From a virus (taxonomy: Duplodnaviria > Caudoviricetes), in IMG/VR virus record IMGVR_UViG_3300046779_000562, positions 1-28,374 of that record: 28,374 nucleotides of DNA; one strand, written 5' to 3'. Positions 1-8,309 of the stretch are shown here, in pieces. The notes under the pieces were generated by a model. The model ran no database searches. It saw only the letters and a list, made by a program, of their open reading frames with translations, and had not been told where the DNA came from. Position numbers and translations under genes: made by a program. Position 1 is the stretch's first letter. Each line of letters opens with the position of its first letter.

Positions 1-31
1 GTTATCGTAGGTTCAAGTCCTACCTGCTGTA
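1..31 (+). tRNA. 3' fragment of a tRNA (identity unknown; anticodon outside window)
   Basis: T-arm GTAGG-TTCAAGT-CCTAC (7-23), then a 7-nt acceptor 3' strand CTGCTGT and discriminator A31; lies directly upstream of tRNA-Ser. Confidence 0.8.
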
Positions 32-35
32 CTAG

Positions 36-123
36 GGAAGATTGGCTGAGTGGTCTAAAGCAATCGGTTGCTAACTGATCGTAGTGTTAAAAACTACCGT
101 AGGTTCGAATCCTACATCTTCCG
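36..123 (+). tRNA. tRNA-Ser(GCT)
   Basis: Acceptor GGAAGAT/ATCTTCC; anticodon arm ATCGG-TTGCTAA-CTGAT (GCT at 70-72); long variable arm GTAGT/ACTAC; T-arm GTAGG-TTCGAAT-CCTAC; G discriminator; CCA not encoded. Confidence 0.96.
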
Positions 124-127
124 CAAA

Positions 128-200
128 GCCTCTGTAGTTCAGTGGATAGAACAATGGACTTCTAAGCCATGTGTCGCTGGTTCGATTCCAGCCAGGGGCG
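128..200 (+). tRNA. tRNA-Arg(TCT)
   Basis: Acceptor GCCTCTG/CAGGGGC; D-arm GTTC-AGTGGATA-GAAC; anticodon arm ATGGA-CTTCTAA-GCCAT (TCT at 161-163); T-arm GCTGG-TTCGATT-CCAGC; CCA not encoded. Confidence 0.95.
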
Positions 201-204
201 CTAA

Positions 205-213
205 TGCTATAAT
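205..213 (+). promoter_or_regulatory. Extended -10 promoter (TGcTATAAT) for the glycosyltransferase operon
   Basis: Perfect TGnTATAAT 21 nt upstream of the TTG start, with an AAGGGG SD-like sequence in between. Confidence 0.75.
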
Positions 214-234
214 AGATAAAACAAAGGGGTAATC

Positions 235-1191
235 TTGGCTAACATAACTTTTCTTGGCAACTTTGAAGTGCCTTATAGCAGTGAAAATCATCATGCTAAA
301 TCTTTAGAATTTCTTGGACATTCAGTCAAAAAGTTACAGGAAAAGAAAGTACGCAGTGAGGCTATCCTTGATAGAGCATTGAAGAGCGATCTATTTATCT
401 GGGTACATACACATGGATGGCAAACCACAGGTAAGATGACTATGGATGATGTTCTCCGTAGACTTAAGAAGGCTGGTATACCTACAATTACATACCACTT
501 AGATTTATGGTTTGGTTTAGAAAGACAGAAAGATCTTGAGCAAGATAACTTTTATAAAACTATTGGACATTTCTTTACTGTAGATAAGTTAATGGCTGAT
601 TGGTTCAATGAGAATACTGAAGTCAAAGGTCACTTCATTACTGCAGGAGTATACGACAAAGAATGTTATATCCATAATGCCTATAACCCATATGAGTTTA
701 AGTATGATGTAATCTTTGTTGGTAGCAAGAGATATCATCATGAGCATAAATACCGTTCAGACTTGATAGACTTCCTAAGACAAACATACGGTAAGCGCTT
801 CCTACATGTTGGTGGAGACGGTGATACTGGAACAGTGCGTGGAGATGCACTAAACCAGATATATGCACAAAGCAAGGTGGCAGTAGGAGATAGCCTTAAC
901 ATTAATTTTAACTATCCTTACTATACTAGTGATAGACTCTTTGAGAGTACTGGTCGTGGTGGTTTCACTATCTACCCTCGCATTACAGGGCTTGAAGAAT
1001 ACTTTGAAGATGGTAATGAGATTGTTTTTTATGAACACGGTAACCTTCAGGATCTAAAGACTAAGATAGATAACTACCTTGAAAATGATCTTGAAAGAGA
1101 ACGTATCAGACTTAATGGGCATGAAAGAACTAAACAAGAGCATACCTATGTTCATCGGTGGGCAGCAATTATGAAAGAACTAGGTCTTTAA
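235..1191 (+). CDS. GT-B glycosyltransferase, CgeB/Glyco_trans_1_2-like
   Basis: YDVIFVGS, 'LNQIYAQSKVAVG', 'SDRLFESTGRGGF', 'EIVFY', 'ERIRLNGHERTKQEHTYVHR' are typical of the CgeB-like C-terminal domain. Confidence 0.85.
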   Translation: MANITFLGNFEVPYSSENHHAKSLEFLGHSVKKLQEKKVRSEAILDRALKSDLFIWVHTHGWQTTGKMTMDDVLRRLKKAGIPTITYHLDLWFGLERQKDLEQDNFYKTIGHFFTVDKLMADWFNENTEVKGHFITAGVYDKECYIHNAYNPYEFKYDVIFVGSKRYHHEHKYRSDLIDFLRQTYGKRFLHVGGDGDTGTVRGDALNQIYAQSKVAVGDSLNINFNYPYYTSDRLFESTGRGGFTIYPRITGLEEYFEDGNEIVFYEHGNLQDLKTKIDNYLENDLERERIRLNGHERTKQEHTYVHRWAAIMKELGL

Positions 1192-1856
1192 TGAAGTATG
1201 TAGTTTGCCTACCATTTCGTGTTCAAGAATTTCGTGATGAGTTTATGTCTAATTGCAAGTTAGATAATATCTTAGAGATTGACAATACAGTTAATAATAT
1301 TGGAATAATGGCTAGCCATAATCTTGGTATTAAAAAACTTTACGAAGATAATGCTGATTGGCTGATCATAATGAGTGCCGCTATACGGTTTGGTGACAAA
1401 GGTGGGTTAGATATTATTGAACATTTAGAAAAAACTGATGCTCAAATTGTAGAAGGATGGCAACTTTATGGTTGGCATTTGATGGCTTTTAGAAAAGATG
1501 TTATTGATACTGTTGGCGGATGGGATGAAAACTTTACACCATATGGATATGATGATTTAGATTATAGTATTAGAATTACAAAAGCAATGCCTGATGTTAA
1601 ATGGGAAAAAATTTTATTTGATGTTTCAGATACCATTATGGGTCATAGTATTAAACTGGGTGGCGTAAGATCAAACGACAATTTACTGCATCAATATTTT
1701 TATAATAAATGGGGTCAATATCCTGGAGGTGGACATACCGTTGATAAACTTTATGCAACTCCATTTAATTTACCAGATGTAGATTTTAAATATTGGCCTA
1801 AAGAAGATGATGAGAACCATGTTAGTTTTATTAAAAAAGTTAGATATGAAGAATAG
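1191..1856 (+). CDS. GT2-like (GT-A fold) glycosyltransferase
   Basis: 'DNTVNNIGIMASHNLGI' and 'VGGWDENFTPYGYDDLDYSIR' motifs. Start moved to ATG 1191 because of the TAATG overlap with the upstream stop. Confidence 0.75.
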   Translation: MKYVVCLPFRVQEFRDEFMSNCKLDNILEIDNTVNNIGIMASHNLGIKKLYEDNADWLIIMSAAIRFGDKGGLDIIEHLEKTDAQIVEGWQLYGWHLMAFRKDVIDTVGGWDENFTPYGYDDLDYSIRITKAMPDVKWEKILFDVSDTIMGHSIKLGGVRSNDNLLHQYFYNKWGQYPGGGHTVDKLYATPFNLPDVDFKYWPKEDDENHVSFIKKVRYEE

Positions 1857-1868
1857 GATCATTACAAA

Positions 1869-2582
1869 ATGACAGAAATGATTAAAACAAAAATTAATGG
1901 AGAGTTTGAAATCTTTCTTCCAGAACATCGTGCCAATAGACCTGAGTGGTACACCGAAAAAGGATGGGAAAGAAAAAGACTACAATCAATGCACAATAAT
2001 CTTGGACCTGGTGATGTGATTTATTATGTTGGTGGAGAAGAAGGAGAGATGGTTGCGCTTTGCCAAATATGGGGAGCAGAGACTGTAATATTTGAGCCAA
2101 ACCCTAAAGTATGGTCACACTACCCACAATTATGGAAAAGCAATAAACTAAATAAGCCAATGGCCTGCATCCCTGGATTTGCATCTAATGAAAACAATAA
2201 ACTTGCAAGAATTTATCACAATGAGTTTCCACCAGAAGCGGATGTAGTAATTGATGCTGCACATGGATTTAAAGAATTGCATACAGAAGGATCTAATTAT
2301 GGACAAATAACAATTGATTCATGTGTTTATGATAAGAATATCAAGCCACCAACAGCAATAACTCTTGATGTAGAGGGAAGTGAGTGGGCTGTACTAACTG
2401 GTGCAGAAAAAGTTTTAAAGGAATACAAACCAAAAATTTGGCTATCTGGTCATCCAGAATTTATGATTATGTATTGGAATAAATATCTTTGGGATCTTAG
2501 ATATTGGATTATGGAACTTGGATATAAAGAAACCATACTAGACTATCAGCATGAGGTGCATCTCTATTATGAACCAATCTAA
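1869..2582 (+). CDS. FkbM-family SAM-dependent methyltransferase
   Basis: 'VIFEPNP', 'ITIDS', 'ITLDVEGSEWAVLTGAEKVLKEYKPKI', with a Gly-rich motif I variant YVGGEEG. Confidence 0.88.
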   Translation: MTEMIKTKINGEFEIFLPEHRANRPEWYTEKGWERKRLQSMHNNLGPGDVIYYVGGEEGEMVALCQIWGAETVIFEPNPKVWSHYPQLWKSNKLNKPMACIPGFASNENNKLARIYHNEFPPEADVVIDAAHGFKELHTEGSNYGQITIDSCVYDKNIKPPTAITLDVEGSEWAVLTGAEKVLKEYKPKIWLSGHPEFMIMYWNKYLWDLRYWIMELGYKETILDYQHEVHLYYEPI

Positions 2583-3423
2583 ATGTTATCTATATTCTTT
2601 TAATGAAGAGGATTGTGCTGCTGATAAGTGGGACTATGGCCTTCTAAAAGAAGTGTTTGATAAGTATGAGGTTGATCAGATAAAGGTTAACTCTATACCC
2701 AAAGTTGATAGAGGATTTGTTGTGGTTCCTGGACCTCAAAACCTTGGTCATGAAGAAGATGTTAATGCACAGATACAGAACATATCTAGGCTTGTATTAT
2801 TTATAACTGGGGATGAAGAAGGTAAGTTTGACATAAGCAAGATTAATCATCCTAATGCTGAGATATGGATTCAATACCCTCACGAAAAGCACAAAGATTA
2901 TAATAAACTTCCTATTGGCGTACCCCAACATTTAAAGAAGTTTGCTCCCGAATATCCTTCTAAAGATAATGATTTATATTTTGGTGGTCAAATAACACAC
3001 TCACGTAGACAGCAGTTAGCGAAGGTACTACAAACCATGCCAAATGCCCTTTTTAAGCCCACAGCAGGCTTTGCACAGGGAGATAAGCCTGTAGACTACT
3101 ACCGCACACTAGCCAGTGCTAAGGTTGCTCCAGCACCTTCTGGGGCTGTTGTAATAGATTCGTTTAGATTCTTTGAGGCTATAGAAATGTTATGCCTACC
3201 CATAGCCGATAGGGTAGATCCAAAGGGTAATAGTCTAGACTTTTATAACTATTTATTTGGATATGACATTCCTGTTGAGCATGTTTCTAATTGGTCTGAG
3301 TTACGTAAGTTAATGCCAGAACTATTAAATCAGTACCCAAAAAATATGCACAAAGTAGTTGCTTGGTGGATTAAATATAAGAGAGATCTAGGTATTAAGA
3401 TAATGAGACAAGTAAATGAATAA
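2569..3423 (+). CDS. Exostosin/GT47-like glycosyltransferase
   Basis: 'DLYFGGQ...RR', 'YYRTLASAKVAPAPSG', 'DSFRFFEAIEMLCLP' match the exostosin-like pattern (xPxG...RxxEA...CxP). Start set at ATG 2569, after SD GAGGTG. Confidence 0.72.
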   Translation: MNQSKCYLYSFNEEDCAADKWDYGLLKEVFDKYEVDQIKVNSIPKVDRGFVVVPGPQNLGHEEDVNAQIQNISRLVLFITGDEEGKFDISKINHPNAEIWIQYPHEKHKDYNKLPIGVPQHLKKFAPEYPSKDNDLYFGGQITHSRRQQLAKVLQTMPNALFKPTAGFAQGDKPVDYYRTLASAKVAPAPSGAVVIDSFRFFEAIEMLCLPIADRVDPKGNSLDFYNYLFGYDIPVEHVSNWSELRKLMPELLNQYPKNMHKVVAWWIKYKRDLGIKIMRQVNE

Positions 3424-4159
3424 AAATGATGTAACTATTGTCTTGGCTACTTCGGTCTTGCCAAGCCATCCTAGCACAGAGATCATTGATGAGACTATTA
3501 GATCTATCAGAGTACACTTTCCAACTAATGAAATTATTATGCAGATAGACGGATTGCGACATGAACAATATGATCGTAGAAAAGATTACGATGAATATAA
3601 AAATCGCATATTGTGGAAATGTCTTCATGAGTATAAAAATGTTTTACCAATAATTTTTGATGAGCATAGCCATCAGAGCACAATGATGCGTAGAACTATT
3701 AATGAAATACAAACATCTTTGCTTCTTTATGTTGAGGGAGATGCTCCACTAACTCCAGATGAACCTATTGATTGGCAAAAGTGTTTAGATATGATTGAAT
3801 ACGAAAAAGCAAATACTATTCGTTTTCACTTTGAAGCAGTAATTCCTGAACCGCATAAGCACTTGATGTTTGGTCTTGAAGATGGCTTTATGAAAACATC
3901 ACAATGGAGTCAAAGGCCACACCTTAGCAGAGTATCATATTATAGAAATGTAATTCTTCCACCACTTGCAGATAAAGTATTCATTGAAGATACAACCCAT
4001 GGACTTGTTCAAGAAGACTGTAAGCACAATGGGTGGGAGTCACATAAGTTATGGATATATCACCCTGAAGGAAACATAAAGCGTTCTTATCATTTAGATG
4101 GTCGTGAAGGAACAAGAAAGTTTACATCAGATGATGATGCTTGGGGATATAAAGAATGA
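3416..4159 (+). CDS. Putative GT-A fold glycosyltransferase
   Basis: N-terminal 'VTIVLATS', 'IIMQIDG', and a metal-binding-like 'LLYVEGD' motif; overlaps both neighbours in the operon. Confidence 0.6.
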   Translation: MNKNDVTIVLATSVLPSHPSTEIIDETIRSIRVHFPTNEIIMQIDGLRHEQYDRRKDYDEYKNRILWKCLHEYKNVLPIIFDEHSHQSTMMRRTINEIQTSLLLYVEGDAPLTPDEPIDWQKCLDMIEYEKANTIRFHFEAVIPEPHKHLMFGLEDGFMKTSQWSQRPHLSRVSYYRNVILPPLADKVFIEDTTHGLVQEDCKHNGWESHKLWIYHPEGNIKRSYHLDGREGTRKFTSDDDAWGYKE

Positions 4160-5187
4160 GATTAGGAATCATTGCAAGATCAGATAACACTGGGCTTGGT
4201 AATCAAACCAGAGAACTGATCAAGATGTTAAACCCTGACAGGGTACTACTAATTGACTCAAGGTCATTTAATAGCAACAAGCAACATCCTGAGTGGTATA
4301 GCGAATACCAAGTTATTAAAACCAATGGATTTCCAAAGGGAAGTGAGATATCTGGATTCCTTAGAGAGGTAGATGTTGTATTAAGTTGCGAAACATTTTA
4401 CAATACCAACTTTGCAGACTATGCTAGAAAGAAGAATGTTAAGACAGTTCTTCAATATAACTATGAGTTTTTAGAGAATGTTTCTAAGCCTGATGCACCT
4501 CTTCCTGATATGTTCCTGGCTCCAAGCCTATGGAATCTTGATAAGATGATTGAACTTTTTGGGGATAGAACAGCAATTAAATATCTTCCCCCACCAACAG
4601 ATGCTACTTTATTTGATAGGGTACGAGAGAATAACATGTCTAAAAACCACAATAGACTACTACATATTGGTGGTAAGAAGGCTGCTAGAGATAGAAATGG
4701 TACAGAAACTGTCATTGAGATGTTAAAGTATTCTAAGGGAGATTACGAACTGGTAATCAAAACCCAGACTCCCCTTGATATTAAGTGTGATGATCCAAGA
4801 CTAATTATTGACACAGGAAACCCAGAGAACAGAGAAGAAATGTATGATGGCTATGACGCTATGCTTCTTCCTAGACGATATGCTGGGTTATGCCTACCAA
4901 TGAATGAGGCTTTGATTAGTGGTTTACCTGTCTTTATGACTAACCTTATGCCTAATAATGCTATTCTTCCACCTGAATGGTTAATTAAGGCTGAGAAGAT
5001 TGATCAGTTCCGTGCAAAATCTATGATTGATGTTCATGCTGGAGATCCAAAACATTTAGCGAAGATTGTAGATAACTATATGAATATGAGAAGACGTGGT
5101 GAGATGAAGAAGCAGGCTTTAGATATTGGTCTTGAAAACTTTAGCGCAGAAGTATTAAAGCCAAAGTACTTAGAAATATTTAATTAG
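4156..5187 (+). CDS. GT4-like (GT-B) glycosyltransferase
   Basis: N-terminal 'MRLGIIARSDNTGLGNQ', 'DRNGTE', and 'LLPRRYAGLCLPMNEALISGLPV' (variant of the GT4 EGFGLxxxEA motif). Confidence 0.85.
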   Translation: MRLGIIARSDNTGLGNQTRELIKMLNPDRVLLIDSRSFNSNKQHPEWYSEYQVIKTNGFPKGSEISGFLREVDVVLSCETFYNTNFADYARKKNVKTVLQYNYEFLENVSKPDAPLPDMFLAPSLWNLDKMIELFGDRTAIKYLPPPTDATLFDRVRENNMSKNHNRLLHIGGKKAARDRNGTETVIEMLKYSKGDYELVIKTQTPLDIKCDDPRLIIDTGNPENREEMYDGYDAMLLPRRYAGLCLPMNEALISGLPVFMTNLMPNNAILPPEWLIKAEKIDQFRAKSMIDVHAGDPKHLAKIVDNYMNMRRRGEMKKQALDIGLENFSAEVLKPKYLEIFN

Positions 5188-5876
5188 TTTTCATATTTAG
5201 ATTTTGTTGAAAACATTCTTTTTAAGATAAGACTATATAACATCTGGAAAGAAGTATCTGTACTAGATAAATATTTATGTTCTTTATTTGTAATCTCATA
5301 AGATTTAGCAGTTAAAGGCCCTTCAGTATAAACCTTTACATCCTTCATCTCTGTTCCACCAATATTATATATATTGCCATACATAGATCGCCATAGAAGT
5401 TGGTGTCCATGCCTAAGCACAGCCTTTAGTTTTGCTTTTTCCATTATCATTGGCACATGAAGTTCATAGTCTAGAGCATCTGATATACCAAGATCAGTTA
5501 TCTTATTAAATGTTTGCTCAAGTTTAACTATATAACCAGACTTACTGGTTATCTTTTTATATAGGTTTATCTTATCTAATAGTAATCCGCCATGAAAGTT
5601 ATCTATTGAATTTAGTTTTTCAATAATAAAGAAATCATCATTCATTAATATAAACTGTTCTGATATTTCTTCTGAGGCACAGATTGCTTTTAAGTTATTT
5701 ATTGCATTGATATACTTTGCTGATTGCTGTGGTACAAATACAAAATCTCCTCTATACCAAGGAGGCTTACCACCAACTATCCAAACCTTTGCATCAGGAA
5801 AACTAGCCATGACTGATCTAATTGAGTACCTAAGTTCCTCATTTTCCCCATCTTTACAAATATATACAAAGTCCAT
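5184..5876 (-). CDS. Stealth-family-like hexose-1-phosphate transferase
   Basis: 'MDFVY' (CR1-like), 'ELRYSIRSV' and 'ISEQFILMNDDFF' (CR2), 'ELHVPM' (CR3-like). Confidence 0.75.
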   Translation of the reverse strand: MDFVYICKDGENEELRYSIRSVMASFPDAKVWIVGGKPPWYRGDFVFVPQQSAKYINAINNLKAICASEEISEQFILMNDDFFIIEKLNSIDNFHGGLLLDKINLYKKITSKSGYIVKLEQTFNKITDLGISDALDYELHVPMIMEKAKLKAVLRHGHQLLWRSMYGNIYNIGGTEMKDVKVYTEGPLTAKSYEITNKEHKYLSSTDTSFQMLYSLILKRMFSTKSKYEN

Positions 5877-5891
5877 ACTTACCTATTCCAT

Positions 5892-5921
5892 AAAGAAGGC
5901 CAGCCTATCTCTAGACTGGCC
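5892..5921 (-). terminator. Intrinsic terminator downstream of the holin
   Basis: Minus strand reads GGCCAGTCTA-GAGA-TAGGCTGGCC followed by TTCTTT. Confidence 0.75.
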
Positions 5922-5936
5922 AACCTACTTTATTTA

Positions 5937-6224
5937 TTAGATTGCTTTCTTTTTTGGAGCAACCTTCTTAGCAACCTTCTTAGCAGGTGCCTTTGCTGTC
6001 TTAAGAGCCTTCTCAACTACCTGAGCATCTGGCAATACACCAAAAGCCTTATCGTTAGGATTGATTGCTCTAATGGCTACTGGAGCGATTGCAGCAACTA
6101 GTGCTGTCCATAGATCCTTTGGATCTGTTACCCCTGCCATGTATAGTGCAAGACCTGATGCAAGTACTGAGCGACCATATGATGCTAGTAGTGCCTTAGT
6201 CTTATCATTGATTAGATTGTTCAT
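5937..6224 (-). CDS. Putative holin with a Lys/Ala-rich (PAKK) tail
   Basis: Two hydrophobic helices and an 'INPNDKAFG' motif seen in actinophage holins; strong SD AGGAGG; basic C-terminus. Confidence 0.6.
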   Translation of the reverse strand: MNNLINDKTKALLASYGRSVLASGLALYMAGVTDPKDLWTALVAAIAPVAIRAINPNDKAFGVLPDAQVVEKALKTAKAPAKKVAKKVAPKKKAI

Positions 6225-6233
6225 AGTTTCCTC

Positions 6234-6392
6234 CTAGGAAATAACTCGTGTTAGTACTGTAAAGCCAATCCATAGACCAATAATTCCTGCGACTCCCGCA
6301 AAAACTGGTGGTGCTGGTACTGGCAATTTGAATGCTGCAAACACGACACCGCATCCAAAACCTGTTAGTGTTGACAATATAATGTCTTTCAT
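6234..6392 (-). CDS. XapX/DUF1427-like small membrane protein (52 aa; not in the ORF track)
   Basis: Hand translation MKDIILSTLTGFGCGVVFAAFKLPVPAPPVFAGVAGIIGLWIGFTVLTRVIS: two TM helices joined by LPVPAPP; ATGA overlap with the upstream gene. Confidence 0.8.
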   Translation of the reverse strand: MKDIILSTLTGFGCGVVFAAFKLPVPAPPVFAGVAGIIGLWIGFTVLTRVIS

Positions 6393-6814
6393 TTAACTTC
6401 TTCTTCCTCTTTAGGTAGTAAGTTTTTTAATTCTTCATACGCTCTTGATATTCTTTGTAATGAATCATAGTTTGGTTGCATAGAAATAACATCCCCATAC
6501 TCTTTAAAGTAATTGATATCTGGCTCAACATCACTAACAAACTTATTAAGACCAGATTGGACTTCTTCTATATAGCCAAAAGCCCAGTCACGAGAATCAG
6601 ATAAAAACTTAATAAAGTTTTCTTTATGAATATCGCTATCATTCTTAAATTCAACATTGTTTGAGGCAATAAACTCTTCTAGCGTTTTATTATCAATAAA
6701 AAGTTTTGCACATTCTTGTGTTAAACGTGCTAATCTTTTAAGAGTAATTGAATAAGCAACAGCAAAAGATACGCAAAGTGTAGATAAAGAAATTAATAGA
6801 ATAGTATTAATCAC
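6389..6814 (-). CDS. Hypothetical membrane-anchored protein
   Basis: N-terminal TM helix followed by a helical soluble domain; overlaps its neighbours. Confidence 0.75.
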   Translation of the reverse strand: MINTILLISLSTLCVSFAVAYSITLKRLARLTQECAKLFIDNKTLEEFIASNNVEFKNDSDIHKENFIKFLSDSRDWAFGYIEEVQSGLNKFVSDVEPDINYFKEYGDVISMQPNYDSLQRISRAYEELKNLLPKEEEEVK

Positions 6815-7041
6815 TTTAGTGCCTCTCTAGTAACTACCACAATTGCGCCTTCCATTTCTAAAGCCTTTTTTAAATTTACAACATATTGCAACGCTTGGAT
6901 CTTTTCATCATGAACCATGCCTGCAAACTGCCTCTCATCTAATTTTACAGTAAGAAAGGCATCGTTGTCAACAATTGTCACAGCAAAACCCTTTGGGGCT
7001 TGTACTGCATGAAAGGCTCTACGCATAGCATCTGTATACAT
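6811..7041 (-). CDS. Hypothetical protein
   Basis: Tightly packed ORF with a good SD (GGAG). Confidence 0.75.
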   Translation of the reverse strand: MYTDAMRRAFHAVQAPKGFAVTIVDNDAFLTVKLDERQFAGMVHDEKIQALQYVVNLKKALEMEGAIVVVTREALK

Positions 7042-7326
7042 TTATTTCTCCATTGTTAAAGAAGACCAGGTATCAGCCCAATCTTTCTTTGACCTATGAT
7101 TGTTAAACTCTCTTGAGATTTCGCCATTCTCTAGGTAAACTCCACCCCAGATACCCCACTCTTTGCTAGAAACACCAACTGCAAAACATTGCTTTGCTAC
7201 TGGGCATCTACCGCAAATGGAATCTACGCCTGGTCTAAGTGTAGGATCGTCTTCATACTTTTCAAAGAATAGATTAGTATCAAGACCTAAACACTCAGCA
7301 TTGTCTTTCCAAACATGCTGTTTCAT
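7042..7326 (-). CDS. whiB: WhiB-family Fe-S transcription regulator
   Basis: W-x4-EC...LFF...CxxCPVxxxC...'WGIWGG': four Cys plus the G[IV]WGG turn. Confidence 0.93.
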   Translation of the reverse strand: MKQHVWKDNAECLGLDTNLFFEKYEDDPTLRPGVDSICGRCPVAKQCFAVGVSSKEWGIWGGVYLENGEISREFNNHRSKKDWADTWSSLTMEK

Positions 7327-7328
7327 GT

Positions 7329-7544
7329 TTACATCCTGTATTTATTTGGAATATCCCAGCCATTACGATCCAGTTTAAATACTCGTTGTGTGTACCACTG
7401 ATCATTGACTCTAACACCGTTTACGGCAGTCCTACCCATATCGGTTCTCTTACGCTCTGCAACATCCCAACCTACCCATGCTAAGGATTTATTAGATGCT
7501 ACGAGTTTCTCCATTGTTTCCAACTTATTGATTATCATCATCAT
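7329..7544 (-). CDS. Hypothetical protein
   Basis: Fills the gap in the - strand operon; Trp-rich. Confidence 0.7.
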   Translation of the reverse strand: MMMIINKLETMEKLVASNKSLAWVGWDVAERKRTDMGRTAVNGVRVNDQWYTQRVFKLDRNGWDIPNKYRM

Positions 7545-7552
7545 TCTTTCTA

Positions 7553-7903
7553 TTAGTAACGGAAAATTCCAACTTCAACATTATTTTGTTCAGCGCAGTC
7601 AACTAACTTTGAGTTTTGCTGCTTTGGCTTACTAAGAAAAGCAAAGTAGTTAACATGGTTCATATTATCCTCAAGCCATGCATTTGCAACTTTGTAAAAC
7701 TTAATCTTTCTGCCTCTTGCCTTCATACCACGTTCAGATAGGTTTGAAAACTCTGAAACAAAAGAGTTGATACGAGCAGGTCCAGCAGAATAGATTACAA
7801 ACTCTTTGTCTTCATCTGACATGCCAGAAAGTGCAACCCCCATAGCACGAATGAAGACTGTATAATCGTCAAAGTCATTCGTTCCCTGCACTGCTACTAT
7901 CAT
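7553..7903 (-). CDS. SLOG/YspA-like protein (divergent)
   Basis: N-terminal 'MIVAVQGTNDFDDY' resembles the YspA/DUF2493 'IxGxRxFxDY' motif; alpha/beta pattern. Start reassigned to the MIVAV Met. Confidence 0.5.
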   Translation of the reverse strand: MIVAVQGTNDFDDYTVFIRAMGVALSGMSDEDKEFVIYSAGPARINSFVSEFSNLSERGMKARGRKIKFYKVANAWLEDNMNHVNYFAFLSKPKQQNSKLVDCAEQNNVEVGIFRY

Positions 7904-8297
7904 CTTTTTCTTTTCCATTCTTTAAGTTATCCAATATGAATAACATCTTATCAATGTCTTTTCTAGACATATTTTCTATGTCTACTGGCTCTGCGGTATC
8001 AGGAAGAACCTCACCCTCAAAAGCCTTTGCAACATAAAAAGTATTGTCAGATACCCAATATGCTTGGTTTTCCATAACAATAACCTTAATCATATCCTTT
8101 TCTATGCGCTTTGTCAACTGAGAAGGACGCTTTTCGTTATTTGCTATTTCAAGAGAAAAGAAGTATTTAAGCATTCTATGCATATCACTTTGGCGATATA
8201 GCGTTCTAGAAAATACTTTCTTACTTCTATTCTTTATTACTTTAAGTATAGTCCATGACACGATCAATGTCAAGCCCACTATGAGGATATTTTGCAT
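7875..8297 (-). CDS. Hypothetical membrane-anchored protein
   Basis: N-terminal TM helix; SD AGGAGG. Confidence 0.75.
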   Translation of the reverse strand: MQNILIVGLTLIVSWTILKVIKNRSKKVFSRTLYRQSDMHRMLKYFFSLEIANNEKRPSQLTKRIEKDMIKVIVMENQAYWVSDNTFYVAKAFEGEVLPDTAEPVDIENMSRKDIDKMLFILDNLKNGKEKDDSSSAGNE

Positions 8298-8309
8298 TAT
8301 TCCTCCTAT

